A DNA stretch of 64,000 bases, taken from assembly GCF_963921235.1 (NCBI RefSeq), contig NC_086108.1, positions 31,374,001 to 31,438,000 of the forward strand, written 5' to 3'. Positions 37,530 to 48,553 of this stretch are shown here, piece after piece (the first letter of the stretch is position 1; each line of letters starts with the position of its first letter). The notes beneath the pieces were generated by a model. It did not search any database. It worked only from the letters and a program-made list of their open reading frames with translations, and was not told where the DNA came from. The DNA comes from Mobula hypostoma. Taxonomy: Eukaryota. A program made the position numbers and the translations under genes.

Positions 37530-40184
37530 AACCATAGACCATAAGATATAGGAGCAGAATTAGGCCATTTGGCCCATCAAGTATGCTCCGCCATTCAATC
37601 ATGGCCGATCATTCCTTCCCCTTTTTAACCCCATTCCCCAGACTTCTCCCCCTAATCTTTGATGCCCTGTCCAATCAAGAACCTATCAATCTCTGCCTTA
37701 AATATACCCAACGACTTTGCCTCCACAGCTGCCTATGTTAACAAATTCCACAAATTCATCAACCTCTGGCTAAAGAAACTTCTCTGCATCTCTGTTTTGA
37801 ATAGATGCCCCTCTATCCTGAGGCTGTGCCCTCTTGTCCTTGACTCCTCCACCATGGGAAGCATCCTTTCCGCATCTACTCTGTCTAGGCCTTTCAACAT
37901 TAAAAAAGTTTCAGTGAGATCCTCCCCATCCTTCCAAATTCCAGTGAGTACAGACCCAGAGTCATCAAACGTTCCTCATATGATAACCCTATTCATTCCC
38001 AGAATTATTCTTTGAACCGCCTCTGGACCCTCTCCAATGCCAGCATATCTTTTCTTAGATAAGGAGCCTAGAACTGTTCACAATACTCAAGGTGAGACCT
38101 CACCAGTGCCTTAAAAAGCCTCAGCATCACTTCCCTGCTCTTGTAGTCAAGACCTCCTGAAATGAATGCTAACATGGCATTTGACTTCCTCACCACCGAC
38201 TCAGCCTGCAGGTTAACCTTTAGGGTGTTTAGCACAAGGACTCCCAAGTATCTTTGCATCTCAGACTTCTGGATTTTCAGCCCCTTTAGAAAATAGTCAG
38301 TATATTTATCTCTACTACCAAAGTGCATGACCATTCATTTTCCAACATTATATTTCATTTGCCACTTTCCTGCCCATTCTCCTAATCTGTCTAAGTCCTT
38401 CTGCAGCCTACTTGTTTTCTCAACACTACTTGCCCCGCCACCAATCTTCATATCATCTGCAAACTTGGCAACAAAAACATCTATTCCATTATCTAACTCA
38501 TTGATATACAACATAAAAAGAATTGGTCCCAAACCGATCCCTGCGGAACACACTACTAACTGGCAGCCAACTAGAAAAGGATCCATTTATTCCTACTTGC
38601 TGCCTCCTACCAATCAGCCAATGCTCTAACTATGTTAATAACTTGCCTGTAATACCACGGGCTCTGAACTTGGTAAGCAGACTCATGTGCGACACCTTTT
38701 CAAAGGCCTCAGAAAGTCCAAATATCCAACATCCACTGCATCCCCTTTTACTTGTAATCTCCTCAGAGAATTCCAACAGGTTAGTGAGACAAGATTTTCC
38801 CTGAAGGAAACTATGCTGACTTTGTCCTGTGTCTCTGAGTACTCCATAACCTCATCCTTAACAATTGACTCCAACATCTTCCCAACCACTGAGGTCAGGC
38901 TAACTGGTCTATAATTTCCTTTCTGCTGCCTTCCTCCTTTCTTAAACAGTGGAGTGACATTTGCAATTTTCCAGTCCGCTGGCACCACGCCAGAGCCCAA
39001 TGATTTTTGAAAGATCATTGTTTGCTAATGGTTCCACAATCTCTCCTGCTACCTCTTTCAGAATCCTAGGGTACAGATCATCTGGTCCAGGTGACTTATG
39101 TACTCTTAGATCTTTCAACTTTTTGAGCACCTTCTCCCTTGTATTAGTAACTGCATTTACTTCTCTTCCCTCACACCCTTCAACATCTGGCACACTGCTA
39201 GTGTCTTCCACAGTGAAGACTGATGCAAAATACTCATTAAGTTCACATGCCATCTCCTTGGCCCCCATTATTATTTCTTGGGCCTTATTTTCTAGCAGTC
39301 CTATATCCACTCTCATCTCTCTTCTATTTTTTACATACTTGAAAAAACTTTTTCTATCCACTTTGATATTGTTTGCTGGCTTGCTTTTCTATTTCATCTT
39401 TTCCCTCCTAATGATTCTTTTAGTTGCTCTCTATAGGGTTTTAAAAGCTTCCCAATCCTCAATCTTTCCACTAATTTTTGCTTTGTTATATGCCCTCTCT
39501 TTCGTTTATACATTAGCTTTGACTTCATTTGTCAGCTACAGTTGTATTATTCGGCCATTTGAGTATTTCTTCATTTTTGGAATACATTTGTCTTGCACCT
39601 TCCTCATTTTTCCCAGAAACTCATGCAATTGCTGCCAGCAGCTCCTTCCAATTTACTTTGTCCAGCTCCTCTCTCATACTACTGTAATTTCCTTTATTCC
39701 ACTGAAATACTGCTACATCAGACTTTACTTTCTCCCTATCCAATTTCAAGTTGAACTCAATCATATTGTGATCACTGCCTCCTAAGAGGTTTTTTACCTT
39801 AAGCTCCCTAATTGCCTCTGTTTCATTACATAACACCCAATCCAATATAGCTGATCGCCTCACAGGCTCAATGACAAACCACTCTAAAAATACATCTTGT
39901 AGGCATTCAACAAATTCATTCTCTTGAGATCCATTATCAACCTAATTTTTCCAATTCATCTGAATGTTGAAATCTCCCATGACTATTATAACATTGCCTT
40001 TTTGATATGCCTTTTCTATTTCCTGTTGTAATCTGTGGTCCACCTCCCAGCCACTGTTGGGAGGCCTGTATATAACCGCCATCAATGTCCTTTAACCCTT
40101 GCAGTTTCTTAACTCACCCACAAGGATTCAATTTTTTCAAATCCTATGTCACATCTTTCCACTGATTTGATGCCATTCTTTACC
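37530..40184 (-). mobile_element. CR1 LINE (5'-truncated) inserted in the Rex LINE
   Basis: Tail ACCATAGACCATAAGATATAGGAGCAG; FADDMKIGG, NYRPVSLTSVVGK, KSPGPD, GSDHNMIEF; same subfamily as 18921-22340. Confidence 0.92.
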
Positions 40185-40565
40185 ATTCTTTTTTTGGACA
40201 CTGGTATGATTGTTGTCCTTTTGAAGCAGGTGGAATTTCAAAATGTAGCAATGGGAAATTGAAGATATCTTTGAACTCACCTGCCAGTTGGTTGGTGCAG
40301 GTTCCCAGAGCCCTACCAGATACACCACTGGGGCCTGTCGCCTTGCAAGGGTTCACCCTCTGAAAGACGTTCTGATGTCAGCCTCTGAAACAGAGATGAA
40401 AGGGTCAGTGAATGCTGTAGGGAAACTCTTGAGATAGCACTCCGTAAGTTGTACCTGGCCTTCTTGGATAGCTCTGGATTGCCAGAGTTCAATGTCACAG
40501 GCCTAGCTCTCAGCAAACTGCAAATCTCCTGGTTCATCCATGACTTTTGATTCGAGTATGTGTGT

Positions 40566-42399
40566 CAGGGCTTCTCAACCAGGGTTCTGCGAGAGATCAT
40601 GATTAAAAATTAAGCATTGTTTTTTGAGCTCTGTATAATGCACGATGCTAGCGTTCAAAGTAGTGGGCAGTGACCAAGCAGCCCCGTTAGCAATCCCGCT
40701 AGCGGTGCCTCAGCCCAGTATGGCAGAGCACCGTAGGACTGTGTTTATTTGGTTGAGTCCATTCTCAGTTTTTGACACGAGGTACAAGAAGTTGTTGATA
40801 ATTGGTGTACGCTGAGGGACGGACATTAGGCTGATGAGGAGCGCGAAGTGCGTTTTCCAAGCATTGAATGGACTCACTCAACTTGGGCAGTGATGACAGC
40901 CTCTCCCTCCCAAATTACCTCCCCCAGATTCCCCTTACGTGCTGCCGACTGACTTATAGGAGCAAACAAACTCTACTGGTGTGGTAGAAAATAACAGGGA
41001 AATTTTCTTTCTAAAGGAATTTTTGCACACCGGGATTCGGCTGCTAGCCTACAGCTTTGCTATTGTTGTAAACATTACAAAGTTGGATTGTGTAAATTAG
41101 AAGTGAATTGCACTGTGAAGTTTTTGCATCTTTTGCGATTTTCTCATTTAGTTATTTATTATGCTATTCTAATTAGCAACCACGGACACAAAAAAAAGTC
41201 CATCTTGACAATCACAGCTACTTATCAAAGGATTTTACATGGACTGGTGATCCAAGTTGTCCTATTCCATTGTGCCTAGTCTGTGGCAAACAACTTGTAA
41301 ATAAAGCAGTGGCTCCAGCAAACTTGAAAAGACACTTAACTACAAATCATAGCCATATAACACGTAAAAGTGCTGAGTATATTATTGGAATCTCAAAACA
41401 GATTAAATCATTTGCTAATAAGGTCCCAGTCAGTAAAAGGACTCAGGAAGGAAGTTATTTAGTAGAAAAACTTATTACCCCAAAAAGGAAAAGTCACACA
41501 GTTGGTGAGAACCTAATAATGCCAGCATGTAAAATTATAGTGGGTTAAATGCTAAGACAGGATGCAATACAAGAAACTGAAAAGGTTTCACTCTCAAACA
41601 GTATAATAAGTTGACGTATTATGATATGTCACATGATGCTGAAGAGGTCTTGTGTGATAAACTGAAAAACAACAGCTTCTCGATCCAGGTTGATGAGTCA
41701 GCAGATTTCACCATCAAATGTCATTTTTGTAAGATTTGTAAATGATGGTGACATTTAAGAAAATTTTTCTGTTACAAAGAGCTGCCTGAAACAAGCACAG
41801 GAAAGATATATTTAATGTTTGGTCTTCATATCTTGGAACAAAAGTCTGTCTTGGAGGAAGTGCGTTGGCATTTGTACTGATGGCGCCCCATCAATGGTTG
41901 GCTCCATGAGAGGATTAGTTTCTCCTGTAAAAAAAGAAAATCCAGATATTATCATAACACACTGCTTCAACATTGCAAATAAATTTTCATGCTGTAAATA
42001 GCATTAATTAAAAATCAATTTACAAACTTTATTTAAATTAAATCTACTGAACTTAACTTTAGAAAAATTTAATACCATTTTGGCTTAAGCCAGTTATTTA
42101 ACAGAAATGTTTATGTTTGCCTATGGGTTTTTTAAATTTATGAAAGGGAAAGAACGAGATTAATTTCAACAAAGGTAAGCTAAGCTTAACTATCTGTTTT
42201 TTTTCCAAGAAAGGTTGGCTAAAAATTTATTCTCTGTTCAAAAGAGCATTCACAATTATTTTTGGATTATTATATCTACAACTTACTAATCATGCTAACG
42301 TACTGTGAGCTCTGGATATAATAATTTTTACTCAGTCGTTCCTTGAGACCTGAAAATTGATTCAAGAGTTTTCCAGGGCAGTAAGTTTGAGAAAGGCTG
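40566..42399 (+). mobile_element. Internally deleted hAT (Buster/Charlie) transposon
   Basis: TIRs CAGGGCTTCTCAACC / GTTTGAGAAAGGCTG; flanks ATGTGTGT/ATGTTTGG; BED finger CLVCGKQL...LKRHLTTNH, KSHTVGENLIMPAC, FSIQVDES, CVGICTDGAPSM, ITHCF; C-terminal half missing. Confidence 0.92.
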
Positions 42400-42410
42400 A
42401 TGTTTGGTAT

Positions 42411-45400
42411 TGTAGATCAGTGTGAGGCATTTGATGTTTAAGAAAACCCGTAACAACTCAATTATTGTAACACTGAACACAAAAACGAGGCAACAGTCCT
42501 TCATGTAATTACGTCATTACGCCAGACCAGCCTCTTGAAGTGAACCCCAGCTTAATGTTGGTGATTGTAAATTATGTATGTTTCCACCAATTACATTACC
42601 CTACTCAGGCCCCCCAGCATTCACTAAAACTGCCATTGTGAGCCTGTCTGGAGCTCGGACAAGCCACCCAGCTTGGATTTCATGCTCCATGGGTGGAGGA
42701 ACAGTAGGCGTCTCTGGCTCATCCAAAGGTTTGTTGACAGGCTCATGGTCATGTCATGACAGCAGGGGCATGGTAGTGGAATCCTACAAATCTTGGTGGG
42801 TGATCATGGCATTATGAATAAAGTCACCTTGCACTCCTAGCGGCTGCCCGTAGAGCAACGCAGCCAATAAAGACTGCAGGTCCTGAGCTCCAACAGGACC
42901 CAGAGGAGACTATCATGCCAACACTCATCCATCGAGGAGGTCCTCAGAGCAGCCTTTAAAGGGGGGGGGTGGTAAAACTGCTCGCAGAGGCCATTGGATT
43001 GTGGGTGATACACCCTGATGTGACGTAGCCTAACACCGAGGTTCTGAGCCACCGCAGCCCAGAAGTCTGGTATGAATTGGGGACTGCAGTCGGAGGAGAT
43101 AACAGATGGTGTGCCAAACCAAGCAACCCAGGTACTGATGAACACCCGAGCCATGTCTGCAGGCATCGTCAACACTAGAGGGACAACCTCTGGCCACCTG
43201 GTGATACAGTCCACCATGGTAAGGAGGAGGATGAAACTACAGAAGGGGGAGAGAGGGCTAACAAGGTCCACATTGACATTGTCAAACCGCCACACAGAGA
43301 CCTCAAAAGGAGCCAATGGCACTTGGACAACCTGGTTAATTTTTGCCCACTGACACTCCACACAGGCTGCAGTCCAATCACGTAAATCCGTTGCAGGCCG
43401 TGCCACACAAACTTCAGTGCGACCAGTTTCTGTGAGGCCTTCTGGCCTGGATGCAAGAGGCTATGTATAGAGTTAACACCAGTCCGCCTTCAGTCTGTGG
43501 GCACTATGGGGCAAGGGCAACTGGTTGAGATATCACACAAGAGAGAAATACTAGCTTCCCTGAACTTAATGTCAGCCAGTTGCAAGCCTGTGACTGCTGC
43601 TCGGTAAGCCTGGACCTCTGGGTCAGTAGCTTATCCATTGCCATGCCGGCAAGTCAACCCCTATGTGTACGGTCTCAATGGCTGGCCATGAGAGGCAATT
43701 GTCCATGGCACTATTTTTCCCATTGATATGTTGTATATCAGTTGTAAACTCTGATAGGTAGGCTAGATGGCATTGCTGCCATGCAGACCAAGGATATTTT
43801 GGCCATCGCGTGCATGAGGTGCTTGTGGTCAACAAATGCCCGGAGTTAGCGACATTCTAGAAGAAAATGAAAATGGCGGACACCCCAAATAGAGACTGAG
43901 AAACTCCTGGTCAAGCGTGCTGAACCTCCTGTCAGGGGATGGAGCTGCCAGCTGAAGAAAGCCAGCAGCTGCCACATGCCTTCGACCAACTGTTCGTGCA
44001 CAGAACCCACAGCTTAGTCTGAAGCATCAGTAGTGATGGCTATAGGTCCATCGGGGAGCAGGTGAACCAGGAGGTTCACATTGAAAAGAGCTCACTTGGT
44101 ATCATCAGATGCCCTGGTCATGTCCACTGACCCGTCAGGCACATGACTAGTGATATTGCCTGTCAGCACACTCTACAGGAGGAGCATAAATCAGCAGGTC
44201 GCAGAATGAAGTGGTGATAGTAACTCACCATGCCTAAAAACTCCTGTAGTTTTTTAGTAGTGAGGGGTGGTAGGAAATCCCTAATAGTGGCTACTTTTGA
44301 TGGGAGTAGTTTTGCACCTCCTGCAGAGATGCGATGGCCAAGAAAGTCAATGATTGACAACCCAAACTGCCATTTAGCAGGGTTAATAATCAACTCTTGT
44401 TGGCTTAGGTGCTCAAAAAGTGTGTGGAGATGAGATACATGTTTGGATTTGTATGCAATGGCGACAAGTATGTCATTCAGGTAAACTAAAAGATTACCTA
44501 AGTCTTTTAATACAGAGTCTACATCAGCCTTTGGGAAGTCTGAACCACATTTTTCAGCCTAAATGGCATACGCAGAAACTCAAAGAGGCCAAATGAGGTT
44601 ATTGCAGCCATTTTGGGAATACCCTCCAAGCACACAGGCACCTGAAGGTAGCCTCTAACCAGATCAGCTTTGGAAGAAATTAACTTTCCATCTAAACATG
44701 CCAAAAAGTATTGGATGCATGGGTTTGGGTAACAATCGAGCATGGCACCTCGTTAAGGCATCGGTAATCGCCACATAGCAAGCTCCATCAGATTCAGGGA
44801 CCACATGGATTGGTGAAGCCCAGGGGCTATTTGACCAGCGTACAATACCAAGACTTTCCATGTTGGCAGACTCTGTCTTCGCAGTTGCCAGCTTTGCTGG
44901 GACCAGCCTACGCACGTGGGCATGGCATGGTGGGCCTGTTATAAGAATGTGGTGCTCGACCCCATGTTTTGTGACTGCATTGGAAAATATGGACTTTGGT
45001 GAAGCTTGGGAATTCACCCAGCAGGCGAGTAATCTCACATGTGGTGGTGCGTGTGCTTGACAGAATCGTTGTGGGGAACTTACTGGGGAAGCAGGGTAAT
45101 GACCCAAAGCCCTTGACACCCACAAGCTGGAAGTTCTTAAGATTGACTAACAGTTCTTGGGTACACAGGAAATCTGCACTGAGCAGAGATCTAGCCACTT
45201 TAGCCAGGATGAAGACCCAAGCGGAACATCACCCACTGAAGCAAAGCATCACCCATCATGTCCCGTAAGTCTGGATCCTGCTGCCAAGTTGCTGACTGGG
45301 TTTACTGAGGCAAGAAAAGGAGGAAGTATGACGCAACCCTCCCTAGCTGAGTGTAGACTATCAGCCAATTTAGCAAGTTCTCTGGAGTCCTTCATGGGTA

Positions 45401-46079
45401 CGTTAGTGCGGGCTATGCAGACTTGATCAGGCATTTGTTGCATGAAGAGTTTTTTTAAAAAATAAAACAAGGGTGGTGATATCCCAGGAGAGACAGAATG
45501 TGGTCCATTCACTGTGATGGCTTAGCATCACCAAGGCCAGGCAAGGAGAACAACTGTTTGGCATGCTCGGACTCTGATAGTCCAAAAGTCTGTCCAAGGT
45601 GAGTTTTCAGTGCCTGGTATTTAACATGTTCAGACGGGTGTTCTAGCAGTCTCACCCCTCTCGATGCTGCGGAACAGCTGAGGGACACTATCACATAGTA
45701 GAATTTGGCGTTATCAGCGGTGATTTCCTGCAATGTGAACTGGACATTGGCTTGTACAACCAAGCAATGGCATTTTGTTCCCAAACCTCCAGCAGCTTCA
45801 AAGCAGTTGTGTTGGCTGACGTGTTCAATAACTCTGAAATCATCCTAGATTATCAGGATCACCAATGTGGATTGTCACAAATAAAATGGCGTGAGGCTTT
45901 TTATGTTTAAGAAAAGCCGCATTAATTCATATAATGTAATCCAACACTGAACATAAAAGCACGGTAACAGTACTTCACAAAATTACATCATCATATCAGC
46001 CTCTTAAAGGGAACCCCATCTCAATGTTGAGGGTTGTGAATTAGCTACAGTACATTTCCACCAATTACATTACCCTACA
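42411..46079 (-). mobile_element. Gypsy/Ty3 LTR retrotransposon, degenerate (LTRs ~42411-42605 and 45866-46079)
   Basis: Direct repeats bounded TG...CA; PBS-like TTGGTGATCCTGA next to the 5' LTR; GGGGGG PPT at ~42610; gag (LPGLGDAKPS), RT (SPWASPIHVVP, DLVRGYLQVP, TSFGLFEFLRMPF), RNase H (ITTDASD), integrase (HPGQ..CVEC, VDLVSPL, YHPQSNGLCE) in Gypsy order. Confidence 0.9.
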
Positions 46080-47578
46080 GTACGTTCTCTTAGGCACACA
46101 CTCAACCACATAGGTTTTAATGAAGTCAGTGACAACTGTGGTATACTCGTTCAGACTCAGAGATGAATCCCTGAATACTGTCGAGTCTACCAATTCAGAG
46201 CAGTCCTGTAAGCGCTCCCATGCCTCCCTCGTCCATACCTTCTTGGTCCTCTCTACTGGTGCTGCTGTCTTCAGTCTCTGCCTACACTCAGGGAGTAGAA
46301 GTACAGCCAGATGATCAGACTTTCCAAAGTGTTGGCATGGGATGGCACAGTAAACGTTCCTGATGGTAATATAACAGTGGCCCAGTGTGTTATCTCCCCT
46401 GATTCCACAAATGATATGCTGGTGATAATGACTTAAGGATTTTTTTTTCAAGTCGCCCTGGTTAAATCCCACCCCCCAAAATGATGGGAAGGCACCAGGG
46501 TGTGCTGTTTCCTGCCTGTTGATTATGTAGCTCAGATCGTCTAGAGCCTGTTTGACATGAGCCTGAGATGGGATGTACACCACTACCAAGATGATGGCTG
46601 AAAACTCCTACAGGGGGTAAAATGGATTGGACTCGATCACTAAGTATTCCAGGTCGGGTGAGCAGGACTGGGACAGAACCACCTCATTTGTGCACCACAA
46701 GGAGTTAATCATACAGCAGACTCCACTCCCACTGCCTTTGAAAGACTCAGCAGTGCTATCTTGGCAGTGAATTATGAAGTCAGCGAGCTGTATCACTGTT
46801 CTCTTGCAACTCAGATAGTACTGGCTGGTGGAATTTCCTTACCAACATTTTCTTGCAATCATAGTTTCAGTTCAGAATCATAATCATATTTTTTTATCAC
46901 TGACTTAGATGTTGTGAAATGTATTGTTTTGCCATAGTAGTTCCATGTAAAGACATAAAACTACTATAATTTACATAAACAATAAATAGTGTAGACAAAA
47001 CTTGTTCTTGGGTTCATGAACCATTCAGAAATCTGATGGCAGAGGGGAGGGCAATCATACATGTAGAAGGAAGTCAGAAGTTCTGTATGGTGTTCATCAA
47101 TAATCTTCCAGTAGTGCTTGATATTTGTCCCACTGTATATCCCCGGGAACAATTCCTGTGTCAGAGTCCTCTATTATGCAGGTGTAGATAGTAATGGAAA
47201 AGGATGGGTCAGGTCCATAGGTTACGATCCTAGGCTAAATTAAGGGTAAATAGGCAGGATCCAGCAGAGGTCAATTGAGTAAGTGTCTTTGAAAGAAAAA
47301 TAACAAATGGCAAGTGAGGGTCTTTTCAGAGTTGGATAGCAGCATGTTCTTGTCAGGGTGAAGAGTAAACCTGACAAGTTTAGGGGAATTTGGCTGATGA
47401 GAGATATTGAGGCTCTGGTCAAGAAAAAGAAGGTTTAGAAGATTGAGATTGAGTGAATCCCCTGAAAACTATAAAAAGTTCAAGGATATTCTTGAGGGAA
47501 ATCCAAAGGGCAAAGAGAGGTCACAAAATGGAACTAGCAGGTAAGGTTAAGAAAAATCCCAAGAGGTTCTATAGCAAT

Positions 47579-48115
47579 GTTGTTGTTCGTCCATCGTACG
47601 TCGATGAGGACCTCGCCACCATTATTGATGGTGTCGAGACTAGCGCGTGACTTGGATTTAAGTGAGGGAGAGTTGCGCAGTGTCAGCCTCACTCTCTCTT
47701 CCCAATTCCCATCTGGATCCAGTGGCAAGACAGAGTCGAGACGGCTGGAAGTGGGACTAGGTGCAGTGGATGACCAGGACGTCTTCTGTGTCTTGTCCTG
47801 CTCAACACGTTCCACGACGCTTGCAGAGACCGCCTTCTTGACCGTTGGACCTTCCATTGGTCTCGTCCGCTCAATCCGCCGGAGTCTGTCTTCACATGTT
47901 GGGTTTGAGACCCGTCGGCTACCCTCACCTGGTTTAGCCGGCTTGTCGAAGCCATTGCCCAGGGTGTGGCCGCTGTCGCATGCAAACAGCTACGGGGAGC
48001 CACAGGTGAGAGCTGAGTGTCAGGTGGGGACCAAAGGTGGACTAACCGCCTTAAAAAGGACGCGACATGTTACTCCACCAGAGGTGCTACCCCTCCCTGA
48101 CACCCCATACACCCC
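47579..48115 (-). mobile_element. Young RTE-type non-autonomous retroposon with (CAA)n tail, inserted in CR1
   Basis: Begins GTTGTTGTTCGTCC on the plus strand; CpG-rich; host CR1 rejoins as TTCTATAGCAAT|ATTAAGAAC; no coding signature. Confidence 0.65.
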
Positions 48116-48472
48116 AATATTAAGAACAAAATGGTGGCTGCAGAGAATAGGTCCCCTTAGAGATTAGAAGGGCCAACTATATCTTGATCCACAAGAGATA
48201 GGTGGGATTTTTAATGAAGTTTTTGTGTTGCTGTTTACTGAGGAGAAAATCATTATTGCTCAAGAAATAAGGAAAACAAGTCGAGTTGGGCTTTGGAAGA
48301 TATTCATATTACCATGAGATGCTGGAAGACTGGAGGACTGCAAATTTTGTTCCATTGTTCAAAAAAGGCTCAAAGAACAAACCGGAAAATTATATGTCAG
48401 TGAGCCTGAGGTCATTTGTAGGTAAATTAATGGAAGGTATTCTGAGGAATTGGATATGTAATCATTGGTTCC

Positions 48473-48553
48473 CAGGGGTTCCCAGCCTGGGGCCCATGGA
48501 CACCTAGGTTAATGGTAGGGGTCCATGGCATAAAAAACGATTAGGGTCCCCTG
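48473..48553. mobile_element. Tiny hAT-type MITE
   Basis: CAGGGGTTCCCAGCC...TAGGGTCCCCTG; internal sequence shared with 30439-30506. Confidence 0.7.

Larger units (their letters stand above)
35591..46800 (-). mobile_element. Rex1/Babar-type LINE broken by four insertions (segments ~35591-35708, 36333-37527, 40185-40565, 42400-42410, 46080-46800)
   Basis: (TCTGAT)n-type tail at 35591; RT motifs PQRCVLSPLLY, RSTADAISLALH, SCLNEYHLLAL; endonuclease region VYIPSQA, GDNTLGHCY, FGKSDHLAVLL; reading continues across the junctions. Confidence 0.85.

Noticed and set aside
38961..39785. 274-aa hydrophobic 'membrane protein' ORF (and similar 20144-20713)
   Set aside because: Antisense shadow of the lysine-rich CR1 ORF2 linker.
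41190..42001. Domesticated ZBED5/ZBED8 host gene
   Set aside because: Frameshifted, internally deleted, bounded by TIRs, with a second copy in the window.
47577..48167. 196-aa ORF
   Set aside because: Lies in a GC-rich retroposon on its antisense strand, has no recognisable motif, and runs into CR1.
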